A DNA stretch of 64,000 bases from Planctomycetota bacterium (GCA_038227875.1 JBBRPR010000014.1:96001-160000), one strand, 5' to 3'. Counted from the first letter of the stretch, positions 48,132 through 58,452 are shown. Notes: generated by a model not told the origin, from the sequence alone. Numbers and translations are program-made.

Positions 48132-48283
48132 GGTGCCACTGGTGTGGATGAATCAGAGCGAAGCGAAGATTCATCCTTACCAGTGCCTTGGCCGGACAGA
48201 CTGTCGAACAACAATTCCACTGCGATCACACTGGTAAGGCCAAGTCTTCACTTGCGTTCAGACTTGTCCGTACCAGTGGCACC
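48132..48283. repeat. Inverted doublet of GTGC-CACTGG hairpins (REPIN-like)
   Basis: GGTGCCACTGGT..GGATGAATC..GATTCATCC..ACCAGTG, then the inverted partner CACTGGT..CAAGTCT..AGACTTG..ACCAGTGGCACC. Confidence 0.8.
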
Positions 48284-48287
48284 AGGA

Positions 48288-49115
48288 CTAAAAGTCGTCG
48301 CACGCGCGGTACGCGTCGATCACAGCCCGTTCGCCGTCCTTGCCCGGTCGGCTGTTGCCGTGTTCCATGCCCATCGGCAGCGTGCAGCCCTTGGCGTGGA
48401 TGTGTTTGAAGACGTTACGGTAGTTGATTTCGCCGGTCGTCGGTTCCTTGCGGCCCGGTGTGTCGCCGCACTGGAAGTAACCGATCTCGCTGTAGCAGGC
48501 ATCGACGTTGGGAATGAGATTGCCTTCGGTGATCTGCTGGTGGAAGAGGTCGCAGAGAATCTTGGCGCTGGGATGATTGACGGCTTTGCTGATCAAGTAC
48601 GCCTGCGGCATTTCGGCGAGGAAGACGCGCGGATGGCTGGAGAGGCGGTTGAGCGGCTCGAAGACCATGATCAGGCCGGACTTTTCGCAGATCTCGCAGC
48701 AGCGCTTGATCAGGTCGATGCAGTTCACGGTCTGGTAATCCCACGCGAGCTTCAGATCAAAGAGGCCCGGGACGACCGTGCACCACTTCGCGTTGACGCG
48801 CTTGGCGATCTCGACGGCGTTGCGCACATCGGCGAGGACCTTTTCGCGCAGTGCGGCGTCGGTGCCGGCGAAGGTCACGTGCTCGAAACTGGCGGCGGCC
48901 ACGAAGACGCCCATGGTCAGATTCAGTCGCGACATTTCGCGCGCAACCTTCTCCTGCGTCGCCACGTCGCGGCCGGGCATGCCATTGTCTTCAATCGCCG
49001 TGAACCCTTCGTCGGCGATGAATTTGATCTGATCGATCAGGTCCGGACCGGCGTGGTGCTGGAACATGCCGAAGTGCGGCGCGTATTGCAGTTTGAACGA
49101 GCGGGACGAACCCAT
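48288..49115 (-). CDS. hyi: Hydroxypyruvate isomerase family TIM-barrel protein
   Basis: GFTAIE, VFEPLN, DLFHQQITEGNL, DTPGRKEPTTGEINY. Confidence 0.85.
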   Translation of the reverse strand: MGSSRSFKLQYAPHFGMFQHHAGPDLIDQIKFIADEGFTAIEDNGMPGRDVATQEKVAREMSRLNLTMGVFVAAASFEHVTFAGTDAALREKVLADVRNAVEIAKRVNAKWCTVVPGLFDLKLAWDYQTVNCIDLIKRCCEICEKSGLIMVFEPLNRLSSHPRVFLAEMPQAYLISKAVNHPSAKILCDLFHQQITEGNLIPNVDACYSEIGYFQCGDTPGRKEPTTGEINYRNVFKHIHAKGCTLPMGMEHGNSRPGKDGERAVIDAYRACDDF

Positions 49116-49254
49116 AATGCGTGATCTCCTGTGGTCGGCCGAATCTATCGTGATTGAGGATGTATCCCCAAAATGTGATTCCCATGCTTATATACCCGCT
49201 GTTTACTGAGAAAGATGTATGCAATAGTGTGATATAGAGTTTACAATTTGTGAT

Positions 49255-50091
49255 ATGGCTACGCAGAGTCCTCCGACAACATTGAATGAATTGTGGCGCA
49301 TTCGTTCGTTTGGCTTGCATCAACGCGTCGATCCCAAGGGCAAGCCGTGGTGGTTCCACAACAATGAACGCTCGCCCTATGGCGTGATGATTCTGCAGTA
49401 CACCGTCAGCGGCAAGATGGTCTACCGTGACGCGCACGGAGAAGTGGAGGTGACACCCGGCCACGCCGCGCTCTTCGCGTTCGACGAGGAAAGCGAATAC
49501 GGCATCCGCCGCGAATTTCCGGAGACGCTTTCGACGCAGCATTTCGTACTGGAGGGCGCGGGACTGGTGGCGCACGGCAATGCGATCCGGCGTCAGTTCG
49601 GTTCGGTCTTCAATCTCGGGGAGGACAACCCGATTCTGCAGCACCTGCGGGAACTCTGCGGCCGCCCCGCGCCGCGCAGCACCGCAGAAGTGAGTCTGGC
49701 CGCCGCGGAGGTCTACAGCGTCTTCATGCGCCTCTACACCTTCCTGGACGAACGCCATTCCAGCGAGAAGCGGCCCGTGGAGCGCGCGATCGACGAGTTG
49801 CAGCGCCACGCCATTGGCAGTCTTTCTCTAAAGGAAGTCGCGCTGCGCCACGGCTGTTCGCGCGAGCACCTCACGCGCGTGTTCTCGGAACGGCTGGGCA
49901 CGTCCCCGGCGCGATTTTTGAAGCGCGCCAAGCTCATCCGCGCGCTGGAACTGCTCCGCGAAACCCGTCTCCCGGTTCAGCGCATCGCCGAGCAGTGTGG
50001 GTTCGCGTCGAAGCACACGCTGGCGCGCTGGGTGCGGGTCGAGACCGGCGCGACGCCGGGTGGGTATCGGGGGCGGGAGGCCAAAGGTTGA
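49255..50091 (+). CDS. AraC family transcriptional regulator
   Basis: CSREHLTRVF..GTSP; IAEQCGFAS..TGATPGGYR. TGTGATAT repeats 21 bp apart at 49228 and 49249. Confidence 0.9.
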   Translation: MATQSPPTTLNELWRIRSFGLHQRVDPKGKPWWFHNNERSPYGVMILQYTVSGKMVYRDAHGEVEVTPGHAALFAFDEESEYGIRREFPETLSTQHFVLEGAGLVAHGNAIRRQFGSVFNLGEDNPILQHLRELCGRPAPRSTAEVSLAAAEVYSVFMRLYTFLDERHSSEKRPVERAIDELQRHAIGSLSLKEVALRHGCSREHLTRVFSERLGTSPARFLKRAKLIRALELLRETRLPVQRIAEQCGFASKHTLARWVRVETGATPGGYRGREAKG

Positions 50092-50232
50092 GTACCCGAA
50101 AAAATCGAGCTTATGACGAAAGGCATTTATGTCAGGAAGGATGCGCGGGACTCACGCGCCGTCCAAGTAGTATTCGCAAATCGCGCGAAACATTGCATAC
50201 TTAAGGCTGGAATACGCACGGAGAAACGATTC

Positions 50233-50760
50233 ATGTCGGGTGAGACAGGCGCGGACAAAGGCGCTGAAAAGGAAGAGTCTTTCGAAGTTCTGCTGGCGCG
50301 GCTGGAGTCGATTGTCAGCCAGCTCGAAGGTGGCGCGCGGCCGCTCGACGAAAGTCTGGCGCTCTATGAAAGCGGTGTCGCGGCGCTGAAGCGCTGCCAC
50401 ACGGTGCTCGACAAGGCCGACAAACGCATTCGCCTGTTGTTGCAGGACGGGCAGGGCAATCCGCAGTTGCGCGACGCGGAGATTCCCAATCGCGGTGCGG
50501 AGAAAGAGAAGGGGAGTTCGCGCCGAGCAGCGGCGCCGGTCTCTGTGACACCTTCCGAGACAGTGGATGAAGATGCGGAAGACGACCCTGGACCTGCGCG
50601 CGAAGTGCAGAAGAAAGTTGAGAATTCTGAAGATCAACGTGTTGACTCAGAGGCTGACAGCCAGCACAATTCCCCGACTTCTGTGAAAACGAAACCGAAG
50701 CCGAAGCCGGGCCAGAGCGGTAATAAAGCTGGAGGATTGTTATTTGGCAGCGCGCAATAA
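50233..50760 (+). CDS. xseB: Exodeoxyribonuclease VII small subunit with a long C-terminal tail
   Basis: SFEVLLARLESIVSQLEGG..LDESLALYESG..C...L..A..RI; conserved xseB-ispA-dxs order. Confidence 0.88.
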   Translation: MSGETGADKGAEKEESFEVLLARLESIVSQLEGGARPLDESLALYESGVAALKRCHTVLDKADKRIRLLLQDGQGNPQLRDAEIPNRGAEKEKGSSRRAAAPVSVTPSETVDEDAEDDPGPAREVQKKVENSEDQRVDSEADSQHNSPTSVKTKPKPKPGQSGNKAGGLLFGSAQ

Positions 50761-51688
50761 GTCGACAGGTCCGGAGCTGACCACCGCTTCCCGGGCGTCG
50801 GCCGATTACGCCGGAACCGCGAAGGCGTTTCTGGAAGAGTGTCGGACGTACATCGACAAGAAGCTCGACGAGGTGCTCCCCGCCGAGTCGGTACAGCCCA
50901 CGACCTTGCACAAGGCCATGCGGTACTCGGTCCGAGCCGGCGGCAAGCGCCTGCGCCCGGCGCTGGTTTTCGCCGCGGCCGAATGCGTCGGCGGATCCCG
51001 CGAAGACGCCACGCCGGCCGCCTGTGCCGTCGAGATGATCCATACCTACTCCCTGATCCACGACGACCTGCCGGCGATGGACGACGACGACCTTCGCCGC
51101 GGTCTGCCGACCTGCCACAAAGTCTTCGGCGAAGCCATGGCCATCCTGGCTGGCGACGCCCTCTTGACGTACTCCTTTGAAGTGCTGACGGCCACAAAAC
51201 ACACAGCATCTATCGCAGGAATCGTCAGAGCCATCGCCCGCGGCGTCGGTACACAGGGTATGGTGGGCGGTCAGGTGCTGGATATAGAAGGGGAAGGCAA
51301 GCCGCCGACGCTGGCTTCTGTCTGTGCGATTCATTCCTGGAAGACCGCGGCGCTGATCACGGCGTGCTGCGAAGCGGGCGCGCTGGCCGGCGAAGCTACC
51401 CAAACAGAATACGAACATCTTACTGAATACGGTCGAAACATTGGGCTGGCTTTTCAAATCGTCGACGATATACTCGACATCACCGCCACACCAGAAGAGT
51501 TAGGAAAAACACCGGGCAAAGATGCACGAGTAGGCAAGGCGACGTACCCCGCTGTGATGGGGCAGGAAAAGGCCCAGCAGGAGGCGACTCGGCTGGCGAA
51601 TCAAGCGTTCGAAGCGCTGGAGATTTTTGGACCCCGCGCCAGCAAGTTGGAAGCTTTGGGACGGTTTGTGATCGAACGCAGTTCGTAA
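50744..51688 (+). CDS. ispA: Farnesyl/geranylgeranyl diphosphate synthase
   Basis: GGKRLRP, LIHDDLPAMDDDDLRRG, GQVLD, FQIVDDILD; TTG start after GGAGG. Confidence 0.95.
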   Translation: MAARNKSTGPELTTASRASADYAGTAKAFLEECRTYIDKKLDEVLPAESVQPTTLHKAMRYSVRAGGKRLRPALVFAAAECVGGSREDATPAACAVEMIHTYSLIHDDLPAMDDDDLRRGLPTCHKVFGEAMAILAGDALLTYSFEVLTATKHTASIAGIVRAIARGVGTQGMVGGQVLDIEGEGKPPTLASVCAIHSWKTAALITACCEAGALAGEATQTEYEHLTEYGRNIGLAFQIVDDILDITATPEELGKTPGKDARVGKATYPAVMGQEKAQQEATRLANQAFEALEIFGPRASKLEALGRFVIERSS

Positions 51689-51764
51689 ATCGGGCAACCT
51701 TAACGATCTGTTCGCAATCAGGCTACACGTTTGCTTAACAGCTTTAGAGGAGAGAGTTTTTTAA

Positions 51765-53777
51765 ATGAGTGATCCTACTGCCTTGACGAGCACAGGTGCA
51801 TCGGCGGACCATCTCTTGAAACCTTTGGAAGATGCCGCGCACAAAGCTGGAGCCGCAGTCGGTGCGGAACGGCCGCTCATTAACTGCCCGATCGCCCGCC
51901 CCTTCCTGAGGAACATCTCGGGTCCGGCGGACATGAAGCGCATCCCGACGGAATACCTCCCCGAACTCGCCTCCGAAATCCGCGAGAAGATCAATTCGAC
52001 GGTGCAGGTGACCGGCGGACATCTCTCGTCGAATCTCGGCGTGACCGAACTGACCATCGCGCTCCACAAGGTGTTCGACTTCAATGTCGACCGCCTGGTG
52101 TTTGACGTCGGCCATCAGGTCTACCCGCATAAGCTGCTCACCGGCCGCGTCGATCAGTTCCACACGCTGCGCCAGAAGGAAGGCATCTCCGGCTATCCCA
52201 ACCCGGCCGAGAGCCACTATGACCTCTTCATGACCGCTCACGCCGGTTGCGCCGTCAGCTCGACGCTGGGCCTGGCCGTTGGCGACCACATGCAGGGCAT
52301 ACAGTCGCAGTGCATCGCCGTCTGCGGCGACGGCGCATTGACCGCCGGTCTGGTTTTTGAAGCCATGAACAACGCCGGTTGGCTCAAGGAAGACATGCTG
52401 GTCATCCTCAACGACAATGAACATTCGATCAGCCCGATCACCGGAGCGCTCTCGGCGACCTGCGCCAACCTGCGCGCCAATCACTTCATCCGCAACGCGA
52501 AGGCGAAGGGCAAGGAACTGCTCGAGAAGATTCCGTACGTCGGCAAGGACGTGGAACGCTTCGCCGAACAGGCGATGGATGCCGTCAGCCGCGCCGCTCA
52601 CGCGCCCGGCTCGATCTTCCTCGACCTGGGCTTCCGCTACTACGGTCCCGTCGACGGCCACGACATTGAAGGCCTGATCCGCTGGCTGACGGAAATGAAG
52701 ACCGTCAAGGGCCCCAAGCTGCTCCACATCGTCACCAAGAAGGGCAACGGACTGCCGTGGGCCGAGAAGGACGCGGTCACTTGGCACGGTGCCAAGCCTT
52801 ACGAAGTTCAGGGCGAAGAAGCGCGCATCAAGAAGGCCGCCGCGCCGACTCCGCCGTCGTACACGAAGGTGATCAGCGACGCGATCGTCAAGCAGGCGAA
52901 GAACGACGAGAAGGTCGTCGCGATTACCGCCGCGATGCGCGAAGGCACCGAACTGCTGAACTTCCAGAAGACGTTCCCGAAGCGCTATTTCGACGTCGGC
53001 ATCTGCGAACAGCACGCGGTGACGTTCGCCGCCGCGCTGGCCAAGACGGGCATTCATCCGATCGCCTGCATTTACTCCAGCTTCCTCCAGCGCGGCATCG
53101 ACCAGTTGATGCATGACGTCTCGCTGCAGGACGGACTGCCGGTGGTCTTCTGCATCGATCGCGCTGGCGTTGTCGGCGACGACGGCCCGACGCACGGCGG
53201 TGTCTTCGACCTCGCGTACATGCGGGCGTTCCCGTTCTTCGTGCTGATGGCCCCCAAGGATCAGATCGAAGCCGAAGCGATGGTCGATTGGGCCGTCAAG
53301 GCGCGCAAGCCAGTGGCGATCCGCTACCCCCGCGACAACGTTCCTGCCGCGCCGCTCACGCCGGTCTTCAAGCCGATCGAACTGGGCAAGGGCGAAGTCA
53401 TTCGCCGTGGCGAAAAGACTGCGTTGCTGGCCTACGGTGCGATGGTCGTCCACGCGCTGGAAGCCGCCGACAAGATCGAGAAGCAGACCGGCCAGAAGGT
53501 AACCGTGGCCAACGCGCGCTTCTGCAAGCCCTTCGATGAAGCGTTGCTGGCCGACATGATCGACAACCACGACCGCGTGTTCACGCTGGAAGATCATCAG
53601 CTGATCAACGGTTTCGGTTCCGCCGCGCTAGAAACGGCGGGGGATCTGGGCCTCGACACCCGCAAGATCAAGCGCCTGGGCATCGGCGACCACTACGTCC
53701 AGCACGGGCCGCGCAAGTGGCAGCTGGGCAAGTGCGGGCTGGACGCGGATGGGATTGTGAAGTCGGTCTTGAAGTAA
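51765..53777 (+). CDS. dxs: 1-deoxy-D-xylulose-5-phosphate synthase
   Basis: GGHLSSNLG, FDVGHQVYPHK, GDGALT..LNDN, DVGICEQH, DRAG..DGPTH. Confidence 0.96.
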   Translation: MSDPTALTSTGASADHLLKPLEDAAHKAGAAVGAERPLINCPIARPFLRNISGPADMKRIPTEYLPELASEIREKINSTVQVTGGHLSSNLGVTELTIALHKVFDFNVDRLVFDVGHQVYPHKLLTGRVDQFHTLRQKEGISGYPNPAESHYDLFMTAHAGCAVSSTLGLAVGDHMQGIQSQCIAVCGDGALTAGLVFEAMNNAGWLKEDMLVILNDNEHSISPITGALSATCANLRANHFIRNAKAKGKELLEKIPYVGKDVERFAEQAMDAVSRAAHAPGSIFLDLGFRYYGPVDGHDIEGLIRWLTEMKTVKGPKLLHIVTKKGNGLPWAEKDAVTWHGAKPYEVQGEEARIKKAAAPTPPSYTKVISDAIVKQAKNDEKVVAITAAMREGTELLNFQKTFPKRYFDVGICEQHAVTFAAALAKTGIHPIACIYSSFLQRGIDQLMHDVSLQDGLPVVFCIDRAGVVGDDGPTHGGVFDLAYMRAFPFFVLMAPKDQIEAEAMVDWAVKARKPVAIRYPRDNVPAAPLTPVFKPIELGKGEVIRRGEKTALLAYGAMVVHALEAADKIEKQTGQKVTVANARFCKPFDEALLADMIDNHDRVFTLEDHQLINGFGSAALETAGDLGLDTRKIKRLGIGDHYVQHGPRKWQLGKCGLDADGIVKSVLK

Positions 53778-53819
53778 CCAGTTGGCAGTCGGCAGTAGCA
53801 GTCGAATCCAAGTTTCAGG

Positions 53820-53847
53820 AAAGAGCGCCCTTAAGGGGCGCTCTTTT
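53820..53847 (+). terminator. Intrinsic (possibly bidirectional) terminator after dxs
   Basis: AAAGAGCGCCC-TTAAG-GGGCGCTCTTTT. Confidence 0.7.
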
Positions 53848-54373
53848 CGTTGAGTCGGGCTTCGCGCTTTCGAATACGCCACTCGCAAAATAGCGCAACT
53901 AGAGCGACAACTGATACTGCAAGCAGTATGTCCCAAACTAAAAACGCGATGTCAATCATGGGTGGGCGGTGCAGAACGCTCTGAGCCAGTTCGTCCTTCA
54001 GCACGATTTTTATTTCTTCGTTATCGCTCGAAGCGAGTTCCTTGTGAAACGCAAACGGCCACCCATATGCCTTGATGGGAAAGATAAAATCACGATTGTT
54101 CGGATCGGGATACCGGTTGACTACGCGTTGCATGTCAGAGTGCTGCACGAGATTCAATCCCATGAATGCCGACGCCAATACCGATAAAATAATCACTGTG
54201 CTTAGATGCAGTTTTCCGTGGCAGGATCGGAGCGCTATCTCAACAAGTAAACCCGTTCCAATTGGAGGGCCAATCACGAGTAGCACGAGCGCGCCCGGTA
54301 AAAACAACGGAGCAAGCGAGAATGCAAGGAGTCCAACGATGATACATGAAATTATTCGCGCGATTTTTCCCAT
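53831..54373 (-). CDS. Membrane protein with a YGWP module
   Basis: About 4 TMs; HLST..GLNL..YGWPF..DILL..CEWRIR resembles 36388-36969. Confidence 0.75.
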   Translation of the reverse strand: MGKIARIISCIIVGLLAFSLAPLFLPGALVLLVIGPPIGTGLLVEIALRSCHGKLHLSTVIILSVLASAFMGLNLVQHSDMQRVVNRYPDPNNRDFIFPIKAYGWPFAFHKELASSDNEEIKIVLKDELAQSVLHRPPMIDIAFLVWDILLAVSVVALVALFCEWRIRKREARLNEKSAP

Positions 54374-54677
54374 CGTTCACACCGCATACGGACCATTAGT
54401 AAATTCGATGATAAGACTATCACGATAAAATGCATCACTTTCACGGAATACAAATCGCCTTATACGGAACTTTACCTGCGATTCCCCCGCGTCGCCTTGG
54501 TCGCGGTCCGCTGCGGACTGCCGGGCACCCTGTTGAACGGACGCGGGGGGATCACTATTTAATCGCAGTGTGTAATTTGAGTTGGGTTCCGCTGACGCGG
54601 TATTTCCAAAAATTCACGCCACTTTTTGCGGCAAATCGGCTTTCCCCGGATCAGCTTGGGTGGAAAGGGGTTGAACT

Positions 54678-57600
54678 ATGCCGAGCGCCGAAGTATGCCA
54701 GACCCTCACGCCGCGGGAGGAACTCGTGATCGCCACACCCGGTCCCGATACCAGTGACGATGCCACCCTGCTGCGCCGGTACGCCACCGCGGGAGATTCC
54801 GCCGCGGCCGAAGAACTCCTCCGCCGCCACCTCGATTTCCTCTACCGTACCGCTCTGCGCTGGCACGGCCGCGCGCCGGATGCCGACGACGCCGTGCAGA
54901 CGGCGTTGCTGAATGTGCTGCAGCAGGCGCGCCAATTTCGCGGGCAGGGCTCTGTGCGTTCGTGGCTGCTGACCGTTCTTCTGAACGTGCTCCGGCGTCA
55001 GGCCCGGGATACGCAATCGCAGCGCGCTCGGGAGGAGCAGATGGCCGCCACGCGTGAGAGTACGACGGCGCTGAAGGATGACTCCGAACTCGCCCAGGCC
55101 GCCGTGCTCAGCGTCAACGGACTGCCGCAGCATTACCGATTACCGCTGAGCCTCCACTTCCTCGAACAGATGTCGATGCGCGAAGTCGCCGCGGCGCTCG
55201 ACATCCCCGAGAAGACCGTGCGCAGCCAGATCGACCGCGGCCTGGAGCTCGTCCGTCAGTCGCTTGCAGCCACGGGTTATGCCGTCGCGTTGCCCGCGCT
55301 TCCAGCTGTGTTCGCCGCCGCCCATTTGGCGCCGGCGCCGCTGGCGCTCTCGGCAACGGTCCACGCGCTCGTACTGAACGCGACTGCCAAAGGTGCTGCG
55401 ACCGCCGGCGCGCTGGCCGGTTCAAAGAGCGCCGGGGCGGGCGTGTTCGCGCTCAAGGCTGGCATTCCGACGCTGCTGGCGATCGGCGCACTCACTGCTG
55501 CGCTGCATTTCTCCAACGCCGTGATGCCGACGTTGCCTGTTACGAAGGGCGACGCGCCAGCGCCGGTCGTCGCCGCTCCAACCGTTACGACCAGTGCGGA
55601 TGTGCCCGCCGATCTCGCGGGAAAGCTGGCGATGAAGGTCGATGTCAACTTCTACCGCGACTATCCGATCGAAGTGCTGCAATACCTGCGGAGTCAGACG
55701 GGCCTGCCTTACGCCATGGCGGATGCCGCGCAGCAAGCGGGGACGCTCCACCTGAAGCAAACCAGCATCAGCGTGCGCGATGTACTCGACAAAATGGCGG
55801 CAGCGTGCGGATTGGAAGTAGAGGTTGCTCACGGCCGCGTGCTGCTCTGGAAAAAGGCTGACGAAGACATACTGAAACTTTTCCATGGGCGTTTGAAAGA
55901 TTCCGACCGCTGGGTTCGCGCCAGGACGGCTTGGGAACTCTCGTCGCTCGGCGACAAACGGGTTCCTGGATTGTTGCTGCAAGCCTGCGCAGATAAGGAT
56001 GTCGGAGTGACGCTATGGGCGGCGCGCGGCTTGAATAAATTTCTAAACGTATTGCCTTATGTTGACGGCGACCGGGCGCCCGCGGTGGCGGCGGCGAAGC
56101 GCCTGTGCACGTTGAAATCGTGGGATCTCCGTTTTGAATTGCTGGGCGCGTTGAGCACGCCGGAAGCAACGGCGGCGCTGATTGGGTACAGCGAAAGCCT
56201 GGATCCGTCAGTACGCAGTAGAGGCATCAGCGGGCTGGCCAGAGACCGCCAACCTCAGGCACTGGAGTATCTGCTGGGGAAAACAGTGCTCGTTGCGGAC
56301 GTTGAGCCCTCGGACTCCGTGTTGCCGTGGGAAGCGTTGGAGGCAGTGCTGGCCGATGCGCTGGGCCAGTCGGAAGATCCGCGGGCGATCGACGCGTTAT
56401 TGACCTTTACACGGAAACCTCGCGCCAGGGAAGTTGACCAGAACCGGGTGGGACACGCGGTCGCGGCACTGGCGCGATTCAATACTCCGCAGGCCTGCGC
56501 GCGAGTGGCGGAGTTGCTCAAGAATCCGGAAATATTCACCTGCATGTTTCCCAGCAAGCATTTGCAGTCCATGGATCCAGCAGTGTTGAACGTGTGTTTT
56601 ACCTACCTTCATGACCCCGATGAAAACAAGGCGCGCATCGCACGTTGGACGCTGGGCGCCGCGCGCGACCCGCGTGCACTGGATGCGATGGTTACGGAGG
56701 CCAATGATCGTTCGAACATCAACGCGAGATGGGTTGATGAGATTGCTGCGTCTCGCGATCCCCGCGGCGAGGAATTGGTCGTCAAGCACTATGAGGAGAG
56801 TAAGAGCAATCCGGACGAAGCGAACTACCAGGGAAGTCCCGGCTTGCTCCTGCTGGCGACGCGCAATCCCAAAAAAATTGATCGATTGATCGCCGACATG
56901 AAGGATGAACGCAAAGACCTGCCGGCTCGTCTGGCGGCGGCGTCCACGCTTACGTTTGCCACTCAGCGTACCCCGGAGCAGGAGTCTGATATTCTCGCCT
57001 GGATCGGCAGCGCAGATCGAAAATTCAGGTGCGCAATGGTTCTGCATGGCCATGGGCTGTGGAGCAACGACGCGCGTTGGACTGCCTTACTGGAGGAACT
57101 GAAACAAGATTCGGACCCGAAAGTGCGCGACGCGGTGGCCGGTGATATGCATCGCCGTGAAGATCCTGCGGCGATGAAAGCGACCATTGAAACGTTGCGC
57201 AACGGCGACGCGGAATCTCGACGCCAGATTCTCGACGTAAATGCGCAGGAGGGCGAGCTTGTGCGCAGCGGCGAGCCGCTGATCGCAGACGCCATGGCTC
57301 AGTTGCTGACGAATGAGGATCGCGATACGCAGGCAGCAGCGGCCTGCGCGCTGGGCGTGATCCACGATGCGCGAGCGCCTGTGCCGCTGCTGGCGCAGCT
57401 GGCTTTGACGCCTGCACCGGATCAAGGATTCGCCCGCATTACGTATGACGGACAATGTACGCCGCGCGCGGCCCTGTTGATTTTGGCCACCAACGGCAAC
57501 GCTGACGCCGCACGCGCGCTTCATAAACTCGTACGCGTTCCGGAACTCGATTCGGACTTTTTAGACAACATGGTCAAATCCCACGAGCCTGTCCTGGTAA

Positions 57601-58418
57601 AAACAGTTGCCGACGTAGCGCTCGATGCCACCGTACCATCGCTGCTTCGGTTGACTGCAGTAATGGCGGTCTACTCTTACGGCACAGATGCCGCAACGAG
57701 GTCCATGATGGCCCAGTTGATGCGCGATCAGCTGAGCGATCCGGAGACGGACCCCAAGGCGCGCGTTTCCATCCTGAGCGTGCTCGTGCGCACCGGCGAA
57801 GCAAAGGATCTCGACCTCGTCTTCGAACAGATGCGTCAGATAACTGTTGAGAGAAGCAGCGACGTCGGAGATCTGGCGTATGCCCGTCCCAAAGATGTTA
57901 ATGGATTCGTGCAACACTTGGTGAAATTCATTGGCGACAGCACCATCAATCTAAATTTACGTTCAGAGGCTGCCGGAGCGCTGCTGAAATTCCGCGATCG
58001 CCATGAAGCGGAAATGGAGAAATTTACGCCCGGACCCGCCGAGTTGCTGATTCAGCTCTCGTCGGTCGGAGCAGTCTCTGACATGACGCGCCAGCGCCGA
58101 TGGAATGCGCTGATGGAAACCAAGGACCCCGTCGCACTGGAATTTGTGCGTCGCACGTTGAAGTCGGGTGAATTTCATGATCGGATGATAATTGCCGGCT
58201 GGCTGGCGTTATCAAAAGGCGACCACGAATCTGTCAGCGTGCTGATCGAACTTTTGAAGGATAGCGATGCAAAGAACGCCTCGGTGGCAGCCGCCTCGGT
58301 TGAAAATTGTGCCAAGCAGACCGTCGTCTCGGATGCCGATCAAAAACGCCTGACCGAAGCACTTGCCGCGTATAGGAAGACACTGCCCAATCCATTCGAG
58401 CAAAAGGAAGGGTTTTAA
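54678..58418 (+). CDS. ECF sigma-70 factor with a ~1000-aa C-terminal extension (TM, STN-like segment, HEAT repeats)
   Basis: Sigma2 DADDAVQ..SVRSWL; sigma4 LPQHYR..EVAAALDIPEKTVRSQIDRG; Ala-rich linker and TM; many HEAT motifs (DPKVRDAVA, AAAACALG). Confidence 0.88.
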   Translation: MPSAEVCQTLTPREELVIATPGPDTSDDATLLRRYATAGDSAAAEELLRRHLDFLYRTALRWHGRAPDADDAVQTALLNVLQQARQFRGQGSVRSWLLTVLLNVLRRQARDTQSQRAREEQMAATRESTTALKDDSELAQAAVLSVNGLPQHYRLPLSLHFLEQMSMREVAAALDIPEKTVRSQIDRGLELVRQSLAATGYAVALPALPAVFAAAHLAPAPLALSATVHALVLNATAKGAATAGALAGSKSAGAGVFALKAGIPTLLAIGALTAALHFSNAVMPTLPVTKGDAPAPVVAAPTVTTSADVPADLAGKLAMKVDVNFYRDYPIEVLQYLRSQTGLPYAMADAAQQAGTLHLKQTSISVRDVLDKMAAACGLEVEVAHGRVLLWKKADEDILKLFHGRLKDSDRWVRARTAWELSSLGDKRVPGLLLQACADKDVGVTLWAARGLNKFLNVLPYVDGDRAPAVAAAKRLCTLKSWDLRFELLGALSTPEATAALIGYSESLDPSVRSRGISGLARDRQPQALEYLLGKTVLVADVEPSDSVLPWEALEAVLADALGQSEDPRAIDALLTFTRKPRAREVDQNRVGHAVAALARFNTPQACARVAELLKNPEIFTCMFPSKHLQSMDPAVLNVCFTYLHDPDENKARIARWTLGAARDPRALDAMVTEANDRSNINARWVDEIAASRDPRGEELVVKHYEESKSNPDEANYQGSPGLLLLATRNPKKIDRLIADMKDERKDLPARLAAASTLTFATQRTPEQESDILAWIGSADRKFRCAMVLHGHGLWSNDARWTALLEELKQDSDPKVRDAVAGDMHRREDPAAMKATIETLRNGDAESRRQILDVNAQEGELVRSGEPLIADAMAQLLTNEDRDTQAAAACALGVIHDARAPVPLLAQLALTPAPDQGFARITYDGQCTPRAALLILATNGNADAARALHKLVRVPELDSDFLDNMVKSHEPVLVKTVADVALDATVPSLLRLTAVMAVYSYGTDAATRSMMAQLMRDQLSDPETDPKARVSILSVLVRTGEAKDLDLVFEQMRQITVERSSDVGDLAYARPKDVNGFVQHLVKFIGDSTINLNLRSEAAGALLKFRDRHEAEMEKFTPGPAELLIQLSSVGAVSDMTRQRRWNALMETKDPVALEFVRRTLKSGEFHDRMIIAGWLALSKGDHESVSVLIELLKDSDAKNASVAAASVENCAKQTVVSDADQKRLTEALAAYRKTLPNPFEQKEGF

Positions 58419-58452
58419 ACAATCGCACAACTTATTTCTGAAAAATGAAGGC

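Noticed and set aside
54466..54495. Autoregulatory ECF promoter (GGAAC..CGTC)
   Set aside because: Spacing is longer than typical and the motifs are too short to support a call.
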